The notes under the pieces were generated by a model, which was not told the origin of the DNA, made no database searches, and was given only the letters and a program-made list of their open reading frames with translations. A program made the translations under genes and the position numbers. Source: Ascoidea asiatica JCM 7603 (Eukaryota > Fungi > Ascomycota). Taken from it: 64,000 nt of DNA. Positions within the stretch are counted from its first letter, which is position 1; each line of letters begins with the position of its first letter. This document shows positions 34,603-46,351 of this stretch, piece by piece. The stretch is from the NCBI GenBank assembly GCA_001600695.1, contig BCKQ01000005.1, positions 797,820 through 861,819 of the forward strand, in the 5' to 3' direction.

Positions 34603-37030
34603 TTATGGTTAGATTTAGTGTTTTACTTCTAGTTTACTTTTACTTTTACCTTTGGGTGAAGTGATTAAGAAATCATTCCACTTTTTACAAAAAAGGGCCA
34701 TTATCGAAGTTGGGAAATTCAAATTTTCAAATTTTGTAAAATTGCTAGCGGTAACAGCTAGTAACAAGCTAGTAATAAGCACTGCTTAACTCTCCAAACG
34801 TTGGCAAAAAACGTTAAAAAAAGTTTAAGAAAACGTTATGGCTTGCTGTGGTGTTTACTGTAGTAGTTACTAAGTACTTAGTGTAATATGATCTGGTGAA
34901 ATAGAAACAAGCGTCACTTTCATCTTTTGCTTTCACTTTTTGTTTTGGTTCTGGTTTTGTTTGTACCTTTTTCGTCTTCTTCAACAGAAATAATGAATTC
35001 ATTTCAAAGTGTTGGGCAGTTAGAATAATTACACTCATTAAATTACATTTTTTGCACCCTTTAAATTTCAACTTCAGTTGTCTTTAAAAATTTACAAATC
35101 TTTAATAAATGAACCAAACAATTGAATGAATATTCTTAATTCTTTTTTTTTGCTCAATTTCAAACTCACTCAAAACTGGCTGAAAAAAAGATTCAAAACC
35201 CGGAAAAACACCTTGAGAAATGAAATATTTCATTAAATATTAGGCAAAGAAACAATACCGGAAGAATAATAATATACCTTTATAAACGAGACTGGAAGTA
35301 TTATTTTAAAATTTAATAATAACCTCTTAAAGATTAACTTACCAAATAATTAATTTACAACCCTGAACTGATAATAAATAAATAAATTATTTAAAAAATA
35401 AATTAAAATATATTAAAGGCAATAATCTTGTTGGTTTTGGTTTTAATATCGGATATCAAATATTAAAACAAAATATAAAACATGGTCTAATTATTTAAAA
35501 ATGGAAATAAAAAAGAAATTATATTATGATACAACGTATTAAATTGTTAAATTATTAGATTGTTGCATTTAATTTATTCGAATAATTTATACAAATAATT
35601 CAAATGTACAGTATGTATGTTTTAATATTACTCAATTACATATTTCATTTTTAATATTATTACAATACATGGAATACGTTAAGATTATAAAACGTATAAA
35701 ACGTATTTATGGTTATATTTTTGACAGATAAAAATCATAAAAATCATAAAAATCATAAAATTTCATTCACTTATTCATTAATTCTTTAATTGATTGATCT
35801 AATTTTTATTAGTATATTATATTACATTACATTATTATATTATATTATTGTATTATAGATATAATTTTATTATATTATCTGGGGTATATAATACAAAAAA
35901 AATCATCTACTTATTTATTCAAATATTACTCAAGTCTTGTACTTTTTTCAAATTTATCAATTCGTTCCCTTTTTCTTCACTTCTCTCATTCATTTCACAA
36001 TTCAAATCATTTATTTTTAATTTAATAAATGCTACGTAAGTGAAATTAATCATTAATCATTACTAATTACTCATTACTAATAAATCATTAGCAATAATAA
36101 TAACGATTCGGGGTTTGAATTCACAATTGCCATTAAAATAATATTAAAATTAAAATTATTACAGCACTGTAATAATGAAGCCTTAAGAAATACAATAAAT
36201 GTTCATGAAAATAATCCTTTTTTGGAAACTTCATACCTTTTTGTAATAAATACAATACAATAAATACAATTAAAAAAAAATCACCCAATGTTTTTGTATA
36301 TGAATTAATTAATAAGTTGTTAATTGAATTTCAAACTTTGAATGATAAAAGTTACCCCTAAACAGGCGCCTCGTGACCAGCTCCAGCAACAACACACAAA
36401 ATGCTGATTCAACCCGGAACTTGGGGTCACCCTGCTGCTTCCGGTCTCGTGATCTTGGAAGCTGCCGAATTTAAAACCAGCAATAAGGATGCACACCAGC
36501 CACACCCACGTGTTATTTCCCTGTCCCCAGCTTAAGCCTCCTGCAAAACGTTTTCACTTTCCAAAACAAGCAACGGAGCAATCTTCAAACCGGCTCAATT
36601 CCCCAAACTGGATATTCACCCTCGACAGTTCTCTTGTGGCCATTTGTGCCCACTTGTGTCCCTGTTTATTTTATCCTCTCATGTCTAGTTCATCATACTT
36701 TTCTAGCTTGTGGTGTCTATAAACGAGGGTGCCACCCTTTGAACATCTCAACTCAGACAGAATCGAAAAAAAAAAAAAAAAATTCATTTCCGGCTGTCTT
36801 ATTTCTTACGTAATCCACTTTTTGTTTTTTTTTCAACGCTGCTGTTACCATTAACTTTCTTTTATGCCAAATTATTGAGTGTTGTTATTACAAGTAAGCT
36901 AAATGTAATTAATATTCATACTAGTTTTATTTTATTTCAATTTAATCAATTAATCCATTTTATTGATTCTTATCTCATTATTCTTTTCCTTTCTTTTCAT
37001 ATTCAAATGGTGTTTTAATGGTTATCGAAT

Positions 37031-37031
37031 A

Positions 37032-37066
<35 letters not shown>
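37031..37066 (+). repeat. (AAAG)9 microsatellite upstream of the BMT gene
   Basis: Direct read. Confidence 0.9.
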
Positions 37067-37067
<1 letters not shown>

Positions 37068-37296
37068 AAAAAATAACTAAATATATTCATATATTTCAAT
37101 CTTTGTATAATATAAAAATGAATCTTATTTAAAACAAATTCAAATTTAATTCTCAATTTAATATAACTAACTAACTAACTAACTCAATTCAATTCATTTC
37201 AATTCATTTCATTTCAATTTAATTCAATCCAATTCATTTTATTTTATTTCAATTCATCATCAAAATAATATTCCCTTTAAATAAATAAATAAAAAA

Positions 37297-39288
37297 ATGG
37301 TTAAAAAATTGGAATTTAAAAAATTATTAAATTATCATTCCATATTATTTTATATAGATAAATTATTAAAAAAAAAAATATATTTAATTATTTTAGGTTT
37401 ATCCATATTTCTACTAGCTATAAATTTAAAATCTTTTATAAATTATTCAATTGATGATGATATTGTTGATATTAATGATTTTATAATTAATAATAATAAT
37501 AACAATAATCAAAATAACAATCAAAATAATAATCAAAATTCAAATTTCAATTTAAAACCATTATCTCCAATAGTTGATTCAATAACTTCTTTAAATTATA
37601 TTAATACTCCAATTTTAAGTTTTCAAAGTTCAATTTTAGATTCTTCTCCATTAAATTCTTTTGCAATTATACCGTCTTGTTCTTCAGTTTCTTATAATAA
37701 TTCAATTTTAATTTCAAATCCAAAAATTTTATTAAATAATTTTAAAAATTTAAAAATTTTTAGAAAAATTATTAATAATTCAAATTATAAAGAAATTTTT
37801 AATGATAAATATTTAAATTTAAAAAATGAAAATCAAATAATTTTATCAAATTGGTATCAATATAGTGGTTCTTCAGTTTTTTTAAAAAATTATAATATTC
37901 ATTTTTTTGTAAGTAGAATTTCATATTCTATACTTGGTATAAAAAATAAACCAAAAGCAAGTTTTATTGCTGTACAATTATTTGATTTAAATTGGAATGA
38001 ATTAAATAATTTTCCAAATAATATAATTACTGGTAATTTTCCTTTAATTTTAAATATTCCATTTTATTATAATTTAGATGCAACAAGTAAATTCTTTGGT
38101 CCTGAAGATCCAAGACTTTTATTAAAACCAATAATAATCACAAATACAAATAAAGATACAAATAAAAGTAAAAATAAAAATAAAAATAAAAATACAAATA
38201 ATTATTATTCAGAAGAACCTGTAATAATATTTAATAAAGATTTAGGTCCTTCTTTTGATCAAAGAGCAATGCATGCTTATTTACCTTTTCAAAAAAAATT
38301 AATAATTTTTAGAATTATAAATCAAACTCCAAAAAGAAAAGAAAAAAATTGGAAACCGTTTATTGATTATAATGATTATAATAATAATCCTGAAAATGAT
38401 TCAAATTTTATTAAAAAATTAAAATCAAAAATTGGTAAAAATTCAAAACATGGTTATATAAATTTTATTTATAATATTCAACCTTTAGTTATAATAAAAT
38501 GTAATTTAGATAATGGTTATTGTGATTATAGTTATATTGAAGAATCTTTATTTTTACCTTCTTTTATAAATAAAGTTTCTGATAAAAAAGATAATAGTGA
38601 ACATATAAGTTGGATGAGAGGTGGAACTGATTTATTTCCAATATCTAATCAAATTAAAGAAAAAATTTTTAATTCTGCCTTATCAATTTATAATAATAAA
38701 GATGACAAAAATAATAAAGATAATAAAGATATCAAAAATAGTTACGTAAGCTCAAAAGAGTTTTGGATTGCATTTTCAAGAACTCATTTAAAAGATTGTG
38801 GATGTGGAGAAAGAATGTATAGACCACATCTATTTCTTTTAAGTAAAGATAATAATAATTTACAATTTAATATTGAATTAATTAGTGATAGTGTTGACTT
38901 CAATCTAGAAGTTTTGTCATGGGATGAAGATTTACCTCCAGGTTCTGCATGTTTCTCAGAACAAAATGTTTTAATACCAAATAGTATAGCATACTGGGAA
39001 TTACAAGAAAAAACTAAAGAAAAAGATAACAATAAAGATAACAATAAAGATAAAGAATATGAAGATTATATGGGTATAACGTTATCAGAAACAGATAATA
39101 ATATGATTTTATTTCATATCAAAGGCTTATTAAAATATCTTCAAGGAATTGATATTTTCAATCAAAAAAAAAAAGATGATTTTACAACTATTGAATCCAA
39201 TGAAGTAGTAAGTTGTGCAGTTGAAGCTGCTAAAGCTTATTGTAAAAGATATGGAAGAAGTCATAGACAATATGATTTTGGTATATAA
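37297..39288 (+). CDS. Beta-1,2-mannosyltransferase (Bmt family, GT91), type II membrane protein
   Basis: N-terminal signal anchor; W-QYSGSSVFL, GPEDPRLLL, EEPVIIFN, EKNW-PF, RGGT, RTHL-DCGCG--MYRPHL, NVLIPNSIAYW, DYMGITLSE-D. Paralogue number cannot be assigned. Confidence 0.92.
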   Translation: MVKKLEFKKLLNYHSILFYIDKLLKKKIYLIILGLSIFLLAINLKSFINYSIDDDIVDINDFIINNNNNNNQNNNQNNNQNSNFNLKPLSPIVDSITSLNYINTPILSFQSSILDSSPLNSFAIIPSCSSVSYNNSILISNPKILLNNFKNLKIFRKIINNSNYKEIFNDKYLNLKNENQIILSNWYQYSGSSVFLKNYNIHFFVSRISYSILGIKNKPKASFIAVQLFDLNWNELNNFPNNIITGNFPLILNIPFYYNLDATSKFFGPEDPRLLLKPIIITNTNKDTNKSKNKNKNKNTNNYYSEEPVIIFNKDLGPSFDQRAMHAYLPFQKKLIIFRIINQTPKRKEKNWKPFIDYNDYNNNPENDSNFIKKLKSKIGKNSKHGYINFIYNIQPLVIIKCNLDNGYCDYSYIEESLFLPSFINKVSDKKDNSEHISWMRGGTDLFPISNQIKEKIFNSALSIYNNKDDKNNKDNKDIKNSYVSSKEFWIAFSRTHLKDCGCGERMYRPHLFLLSKDNNNLQFNIELISDSVDFNLEVLSWDEDLPPGSACFSEQNVLIPNSIAYWELQEKTKEKDNNKDNNKDKEYEDYMGITLSETDNNMILFHIKGLLKYLQGIDIFNQKKKDDFTTIESNEVVSCAVEAAKAYCKRYGRSHRQYDFGI

Positions 39289-39377
39289 TTACGAGTTGAA
39301 AAAAAAAAAAATTCATTTATTGAATTTATAAAGTTTTAAATTAAAGTATATATGCTATAGAATATATATAATTTTAA

Positions 39378-39932
39378 CTATTTAATTTTAATATTTTGAT
39401 TTAAAAGATCAAATTTTGGATGAGAACCATAATCACAATTTTTACCAAAAGGACAAAACCCAGTTATAAAAAATTGACAAATTTTTCTTCTAATATGACG
39501 TTTTTCACATTTTGGACCTTTTTTACAAAAACCAGCATTGTAATCAGAACATTCTTGAATTTTAGTTTGTGGATCAATATGAAGATATAAACATTCAGGA
39601 GATTGTGTACAAAATCCATTTTTTGTAAAAAAAAGACATTCAGGCATTTTTCTTAAATTATATTCATGAAGAAATTCACATCTATCACCTTTTTTACATA
39701 AACCTCTTAACCAATGTTTACAAACAATTTTATTATTAAACATTGGACTTACATGTTTATTATAACAATTTGAACCATTTGGACATCTACCAGATCCATT
39801 TTTATAATATTTACAAATAGGTCTATCTGGATCCATAGAAAGATTATATTCTCTTCTTAAAAATGGTTCAAATTTAAAAGTTATATTTTGGAGATTTGGT
39901 GTCAATATAGGATTGGGATTAACTGTAGCCAT
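39378..39932 (-). CDS. YTH1: Cleavage/polyadenylation factor zinc-finger subunit (CPSF30)
   Basis: Five CCCH fingers; KIVCKHWLRGLCKKGDRCEFLHEYNLRKMPEC, CTQSPECLYLHIDP. Confidence 0.97.
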   Translation of the reverse strand: MATVNPNPILTPNLQNITFKFEPFLRREYNLSMDPDRPICKYYKNGSGRCPNGSNCYNKHVSPMFNNKIVCKHWLRGLCKKGDRCEFLHEYNLRKMPECLFFTKNGFCTQSPECLYLHIDPQTKIQECSDYNAGFCKKGPKCEKRHIRRKICQFFITGFCPFGKNCDYGSHPKFDLLNQNIKIK

Positions 39933-40420
39933 TTTTAATCAAATATGAAAAAAAAAATAATAAAAACCAACAATAAGAATCTTCAATTGAGTTATTCAAA
40001 TGATATATAAGATATAATACAATAGTCTTATCTGCAATTATCAAGTAAATGTTTTAAATTGAAATTCGTTGGTAAAGAAATAATTAAAAAGTTGAAATTG
40101 ACATTTTAAAAAAATAGGTTAATAGATAACCTTTATTTTATTTGCATTATTAATAATCGATCAAAATAAAATTAAAGCATAGGCTGACTAAGCTCTTTGT
40201 AATTCAACCAAGAACTTGGATTTAAATAGCAGCCCCGATTTAAAGACCCCCAAATATGGCTTTCGTTTTATAAACTTGAAAAGGAGAAGCGAAAAAAAGG
40301 AAGAAAGAAGTGAGTTTACTTGAGAGCTGGAACCGAATTCTCAGGCAGCAGACTTTGCTTCTCGTGCTTCTCGTGTATATTCTGAATCCCTTGCAGTTTC
40401 TGACTTTGGAGCCTTGTTAT

Positions 40421-40429
40421 TTTTGTGTC
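40421..40429 (-). promoter_or_regulatory. Middle sporulation element (Ndt80 site)
   Basis: TTTTGTGTC, i.e. GACACAAAA on the minus strand; full match to GNCRCAAAW, about 325 bp upstream of the ATG at 40752. Confidence 0.6.
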
Positions 40430-40751
40430 TCTGTCCTTTTCACCTCATTACGAAATTGTCTTCTGTGAATGGCTGTTTATTTGAAGAGAAGCTTAGGAAT
40501 AAACGATTATGCAATTTGACTACTAGCAAAATTCTCAGATAATAAGAGATGGCTTCTAAATTGCCATCATTATTGAAATTGCTATAAATCATTCATATAA
40601 TCAGAGTTCAATTATTGGTGTTTATTTGTTTTATCATCTATGAAGGAAATAAACTTTATGGATCAATTTCAATAGTCAAAAATATAAAAAATATAATTTT
40701 TCAGCTTTTGTGGGTTTTTTAGCTTAACTTGTATTAAGTTTGGTTTCAATC

Positions 40752-42230
40752 ATGTCTGGAAATACGGATAATAGTTCAAGTGCAATAAGTAATCGTCAAT
40801 TACAACTTTTGTCATTGACAACTCCAACTCCAACGTCAACAAATTCATATATTTATAATCCTTTAAATAAAGCAATTCATAGACTAGGTGGAATGACTCA
40901 ATCCTCAGCATATTCTTTACATAATAGATTAAAAAAAATTATAAAATTTGAGAAAAAATCTGTTAAACAACAATTAGAATTTATTAAAGAAATGAATTCA
41001 TGGTCTGCAATTATACCAAATGATGATAGTAAAAAATTATTAAATGAATTTACAAAATGTTTAGAAATTCAAAGAGAAATGAATGAGGAATTGATTCAAA
41101 AACAAGAAAATTTGAAATTACAATTGATTAGTGTTCAAAAAAGAGAACAGAAAAGTAATAATTTGAAAACAAAAAGGAATAAAATTTTATCTAAACTAAG
41201 ATCTGAAGAAAGTAAAGTAGGTTCTTCTCAAAAAATTTCCTTACAAAAAGAAGCGTTAGAAGAAATAGAATGTGCAATGGAAGTTGTAGATGATCAATAT
41301 ATAAGATCTATAAATACAGGTTTAAAAGGTTCTTTTATTGATTATTCTTTATCATTCAAAAATTTTTCATATAAATATTTAAAATCTGCTGAATCCTTTA
41401 TGGCTTTTAATTTATCCGAAAATTCTTCAACTGGTATACTTTCTTTATCAGCTTCAAGTAAAAAATATTTAGTTACCAATGGTATAGGCTCAAGTCCAGT
41501 ACTAAATTCAAGGTATAGTGCAAGTAATGATGCAAGATCAATTAAATCAACTCAAAACTTAAATACTCCTTTATCAAATATAAATACTTCAAATAATATT
41601 CGACCTAATAATCAATCTGAAAATACTTTCTATAATGTAATCTCAGGTGCAAATAATTCAAGAAATAGTTTCTCAAGTAATTTCAATAATAATAATATCA
41701 ATAATAACATTAATAATAATTTGAGTAATTTGAATAATATGAATAATATGAATAATAATATGAATAATAATAATCAATTTTCAAAACCTTTTATATATCC
41801 AAACTCTATTCTACCTGACTCAAAATCTTATAATTCATCAAATAATCATTTTTCAATACCTCAAAATCCCTCAAATCCAACAGTTATAGATATGTCTTCA
41901 ACTTATTGTTCAAGTTGTGGTCATGCATCTGGTGATTGCACTCATATAAAAAATTTAAATAAATCAACTCTCAATGAAGTTAATAGTAATTTAACTAAAC
42001 CTTTGAATATTCCAAAAGTTAATCATTCTAATAATCAAAGTCATTCAGAAATAAGAAAATTCTCTTTTAAAAATAATAATAATTCAACAAACAATATTTC
42101 TAATAATTCCGAGGAAAAACCTACAACGAGAGGTGATAATTCTAATGGCACTCAGGGACACTTTACAACTCCTGGAAGTATAGGATTTTTCAAAACTCAA
42201 AATCAAAATATCTCTCATGAGTGGAGCTGA
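40752..42230 (+). CDS. Pil1/Lsp1-like BAR-domain protein with Asn-rich tail; possible Ssp1/Meu14-type prospore-membrane protein
   Basis: RLKKIIKFEK and LKLQLISVQKREQK...KRNKILSKL...SQKISLQKEALEEIE...LKGSF parallel Pil1 KLSQLVKIEK and YRLTLKSIRDIE...RKDKITDKI...SPKIEVLEQELVRAE...LRAAF. First ATG is at 40752. Confidence 0.7.
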   Translation: MSGNTDNSSSAISNRQLQLLSLTTPTPTSTNSYIYNPLNKAIHRLGGMTQSSAYSLHNRLKKIIKFEKKSVKQQLEFIKEMNSWSAIIPNDDSKKLLNEFTKCLEIQREMNEELIQKQENLKLQLISVQKREQKSNNLKTKRNKILSKLRSEESKVGSSQKISLQKEALEEIECAMEVVDDQYIRSINTGLKGSFIDYSLSFKNFSYKYLKSAESFMAFNLSENSSTGILSLSASSKKYLVTNGIGSSPVLNSRYSASNDARSIKSTQNLNTPLSNINTSNNIRPNNQSENTFYNVISGANNSRNSFSSNFNNNNINNNINNNLSNLNNMNNMNNNMNNNNQFSKPFIYPNSILPDSKSYNSSNNHFSIPQNPSNPTVIDMSSTYCSSCGHASGDCTHIKNLNKSTLNEVNSNLTKPLNIPKVNHSNNQSHSEIRKFSFKNNNNSTNNISNNSEEKPTTRGDNSNGTQGHFTTPGSIGFFKTQNQNISHEWS

Positions 42231-42401
42231 CTAATTTTTATTTTTTTGTTACTTTAAATTTATTTTATTTCAATATTTTTTATTTTATTTCTCCTTTTGT
42301 AATTCAAATTTATAGAAAATTTTTTTTGTATATTATCTTTTAATGGATTGAAAGATTTTTGATCAATGATCCTTATTTATTATTTCAAGTTTGTTTAGGA
42401 T

Positions 42402-44276
42402 TTACTTTTTTTTTTCCATATTCCACGACATATCCCTATAGTTAAAAACCCAGTGAAGTCTTACCAATTCTATTTTTTTTTTTAAGTCAAAATTTTCCCA
42501 ATCTATATCTGTATCTTTAACAGAATATATGAATTCATTCAAAATTAAAATTTCATCTTCACAAAAAAACTCTTTTCTTGAAATAATCCAATTACATAAC
42601 TTTTCTAGAATATAAATATTAATATTAATTTTAAGTTTTAAATCATCATTCAAGTAAATAACAAAATCTTTCAATACAAAACTTCTGATATTTGAATTAA
42701 TTGTGAAAAAAGTTGACAATAAGGGCATATCTGAAATGATTTTTGTTATAGGTATTCTACCTTTGGAATCAAATAATAATTTTCGTAACTTTTTAATATG
42801 TAGATTATAGTTTTCTCTCATCACCTGTTTTAAGCATAATAAAAGTTTTTCATAAATCAATGTCAAAATTTCAAAATTCACCTTAGAACTATTTTTTTCT
42901 GTATTCCTAGATCCTAAGTAATGACATTTTATCAATCCATATTTCGTTATTTGATCTAAAAATTTATAAAACATTTCAATTTTCATATCCAAAAAAATCT
43001 TAGATTCAAAAATATAAACTCCTTTAATTAGATCATTTTTTTCACTTTTAAATTCAGAGATCCCATCTTTTAATACCAAAAGATCCAAAAGATTAGAAAG
43101 AATATCATTAAAAAATATGTCTTTCACCAAAGCAAATAAACAGCTGGTTTTTTTTTCATATTTCGATAAAAAAAATTTTAAAATTTCGAAAAAATATTGT
43201 AAATCATCGACAATAGAACCATTATCAATAAAAATTAACTTGAAAAACATTGAATTTGTAACCAATAATTCTCTTAAATCAGATGAAGAACTTTTTAAAA
43301 TATAATCAACATCAGCTTCAGAAATTATAGTTCCTGAACATTTAGTTATTAAGTTACACAATTTATAATCAATTTTTTTTTCTGTTAAAAAGGTTATATC
43401 ATCACTTGAAGAATCATAATCAGATACAGAATTCTCTAAACACGATGGAGAGGATGCTTCTGGATAGTTTTTTGTATGACTTTCCTCAATTTTATTCTTT
43501 AAATCAGGCACTTCTCGATACATGTTATAAGTTTGATAAGGATCCCAAGGTTCAACTAAAAAGTTCTCTCTATAGTACATCGCCTCTTTCCAATAAAAAA
43601 GTTCATCTGATAAGGAATGATCTGCACTGCTTCCCTTGGGTTGAATTTTTGGAACAGAAAAAGATATCACAGATATTTCTAATTCTATATTCCTTCTTCT
43701 ATTATTTACCATACCATTTATGACAATAAATTTCCCAATCAAAAAAAGGCAAGAATCTGGTTGTAAGGGATTTATGAAATCAATCAAATTGGAACCTGAA
43801 ATTGAATCAATATATAATTCCTCTTTTACAGCACAGCAAGAAGCTTCACACCAACCACTCGAATCATCGATTCTTATGAAGTAAAAATTTTGAGCATTGC
43901 TCCCATATTTGGATTTCAAATCTTTAAATTCAATATTTGAAATTGTTCCAAATACTGTGAATTCTTTAATTGGATAATTATTGACTAAAATAAAATTCTC
44001 TTGATGCCATCTCAAAGCAGAGCTACTATAAATATCCAAAATGGATGTGGAAGTTTGAATATCAATTAAAAATATAGGAATACTTTTCAAAAGAAAAGGA
44101 GAGTTATGAAATAATTCTGGACGATAGTAAATAATCTTGTCTTTTATTAAAGTAGCATGATCATTTCCTGGTGCAAAATTCGAAGATGAATTCAGAATTT
44201 TTTCTTTCAGAGTTTTCCTTTGTTTTGATTTCTTTGAATTTCCTTTTACTTTTGATACTCCATTGGAAAATTTCAT
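42402..44276 (-). CDS. STN1: Telomere CST complex subunit Stn1
   Basis: N-terminal OB fold pattern F-LVNNYPI--FTVFG-I...FIRIDDSSG, followed by ELFYW-----R---L--PW; helical C-terminal region. Proximity to PDC2 and TVP23 mirrors S. cerevisiae gene order. Confidence 0.75.
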   Translation of the reverse strand: MKFSNGVSKVKGNSKKSKQRKTLKEKILNSSSNFAPGNDHATLIKDKIIYYRPELFHNSPFLLKSIPIFLIDIQTSTSILDIYSSSALRWHQENFILVNNYPIKEFTVFGTISNIEFKDLKSKYGSNAQNFYFIRIDDSSGWCEASCCAVKEELYIDSISGSNLIDFINPLQPDSCLFLIGKFIVINGMVNNRRRNIELEISVISFSVPKIQPKGSSADHSLSDELFYWKEAMYYRENFLVEPWDPYQTYNMYREVPDLKNKIEESHTKNYPEASSPSCLENSVSDYDSSSDDITFLTEKKIDYKLCNLITKCSGTIISEADVDYILKSSSSDLRELLVTNSMFFKLIFIDNGSIVDDLQYFFEILKFFLSKYEKKTSCLFALVKDIFFNDILSNLLDLLVLKDGISEFKSEKNDLIKGVYIFESKIFLDMKIEMFYKFLDQITKYGLIKCHYLGSRNTEKNSSKVNFEILTLIYEKLLLCLKQVMRENYNLHIKKLRKLLFDSKGRIPITKIISDMPLLSTFFTINSNIRSFVLKDFVIYLNDDLKLKININIYILEKLCNWIISRKEFFCEDEILILNEFIYSVKDTDIDWENFDLKKKIELVRLHWVFNYRDMSWNMEKKK

Positions 44277-44747
44277 TTATAGACAAAAATTAATAACAAT
44301 AAATTCTCTTCAAATCCATTGAGGTCCGAACAACTATGTATTCTTCAAATTGCCACTTTCTTTTCAAAACTTTGCTAGAAATATTAATTTGATATGCTTT
44401 GAAGTTTGATATCAAATCGCAAAAAATGAAAACAAATGTTTGGCTCATACTATGATCATTTTATCCCGCGTCAACAAATGAAAATTATTCAACTGAGATT
44501 AAAAAAAGAGCGAACAAATTCTTTACTTAAGTCAAGAAAAAAGATAAAAATTCAAAGAGGAAAAACTCTAATATTTATTTTAATAAAAACTACAACAGAA
44601 AAATGTATTTACTCGTTAATCCCCATTACATAGCTTGGTGGGTATTAAACTTACAATAAACTTTACAGTAATTTTACAAAAAAATTTTGATTTGAAATTC
44701 ATAAGTTCTTATATTTAATAGATACAGAATGAAACAGAATAAACTAC

Positions 44748-45683
44748 TTATTGAACAGCAGCAGAATTAATAGCACCTGTTAATATACTGACAATGTTCT
44801 CTTCTATTCTTTTTTCAGCAGTTTCACCCAAATGCTTTTTAGGATCTTCTTTTCCAACATATCTCGTTTTAAGTTGATCCTCAGATAATTCTTTTTCTTC
44901 TTCAATTCTTTGGTTGTACTGTTTGGCTATACTCACCATTTTTTCAGTATCTTTAGAATTTTTTTCTTCTTTTTCAGCATAATCTTTCAAAATTAATCCA
45001 GATGACCATTCTTTTTTATGTAGATTTAAGAGCATATTTACTTCCAAAGGAGTTTTCTTATAATCAATATTTAGTGAGTAATAACTTCTATTTAATCCGT
45101 GAATTAAAGCTTGAATAGATAATTCTTTCAAATGACCAACATTAGAGGTTGTCTGTCTAGGTTCTTGGCCCATCATCAAAGTAGAAGGACTAATTAATCT
45201 GAAAGCATCAATGACAACTTTACCTTTTACAGATTGGATTGGGTCTATAACAACAGCGACAGCTCTTTTATTTAATTGTTCAAAACTCTGTTGAGTATTA
45301 ACATCAACATTTGATAACCAACAACCAAAACCAGGATGTGAATGGTACCAGCCAACTACCATCTGATCTCTGCCGGTTTGTTTTAACATATCCATCATTT
45401 TAGTTTGAAATACATCATCAACAGCTTCAACTGAAACACCAGTACCTGATTGAGGCATAGCAAATACATCTATAACATGAACGGTAAAATCATCAATGAA
45501 AGCACCCAACATTAAACCCATTACTTCCATAGGCACACCAGCTCTTCCATGCTTCAACATTTTCAATAAAGCTAAAGAAGATATATAAACAGTTTCTGCA
45601 TTATCCACTACAGGTCCATCCATGGGGGTTGAATTCATACCCCCAATTCCAGTAGAAGCAAACATTTGTTGAAGTCTATCCAT
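44748..45683 (-). CDS. RPN11: Proteasome lid JAMM deubiquitinase
   Basis: [31 protein letters not shown]; JAMM motif [17 protein letters not shown]. Confidence 0.98.
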   Translation of the reverse strand: MDRLQQMFASTGIGGMNSTPMDGPVVDNAETVYISSLALLKMLKHGRAGVPMEVMGLMLGAFIDDFTVHVIDVFAMPQSGTGVSVEAVDDVFQTKMMDMLKQTGRDQMVVGWYHSHPGFGCWLSNVDVNTQQSFEQLNKRAVAVVIDPIQSVKGKVVIDAFRLISPSTLMMGQEPRQTTSNVGHLKELSIQALIHGLNRSYYSLNIDYKKTPLEVNMLLNLHKKEWSSGLILKDYAEKEEKNSKDTEKMVSIAKQYNQRIEEEKELSEDQLKTRYVGKEDPKKHLGETAEKRIEENIVSILTGAINSAAVQ

Positions 45684-45775
45684 TTTGATTATTGAACACT
45701 AGTAATTTATTGATTTTAAAGAATCTGATAAACTTAATCTTTTTCACTTCTTTGAATTCGGTGATGTTTTTTAAT

Positions 45776-45784
45776 GGTGGCAAG
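45776..45784. promoter_or_regulatory. PACE-like Rpn4 binding site
   Basis: GGTGGCAAG, 8/9 match to GGTGGCAAA, about 95 bp upstream of the RPN11 ATG. Confidence 0.65.
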
Positions 45785-46351
45785 TTTAACTGATAAATCA
45801 ATAAATCTTGCGAAAGCTATCTAAAGTTCAAACGTGACTTGCATTATCTCTTTGTAATATATTCTACGGTTTTTTAAAATTCCAATATCATAATAATTTT
45901 TCCACTAACGGATTTTGGAATATTTATTCCCAAGTCACTGGTTTTTTGATTCAATATTAAGCTGCACTTTCAAGTTTCGTTCTGCATACCATGCTTTCTA
46001 TTTCCTGAGTTTCAATTTACGCGAAAATCAAAATAAAAAGTAATTCCCAAAATCTGACACTATACACATGATATAATATACCTGATACTCAACGTCTTTG
46101 CAAAAAGTTAACATTAATTCTGTTTGTATTGGTCTTGCTGTGGATATAAAACACGTAAAATTTATGATTTCATTTTATTTTTTTTAAAAGGTATATTTTT
46201 AGTGTTGAAATTTCAAAGTGCCAAAAAAGACGGTATGTAATGATCAATATTCAAATTTATTATTTCTTAATTTTAGATTTTAATTTTTTTTCCAAAATTA
46301 CGAAATAGTTTATTCATCTTCCATTTCTTTCAAAACTCCTTTAATCAACTA

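Noticed and set aside
36100-36135. tRNA-like fragment (GATTCGGGGTTTGAATTC)
   Set aside because: Only a loose T-loop/B-box resemblance; no acceptor, D or anticodon stems.
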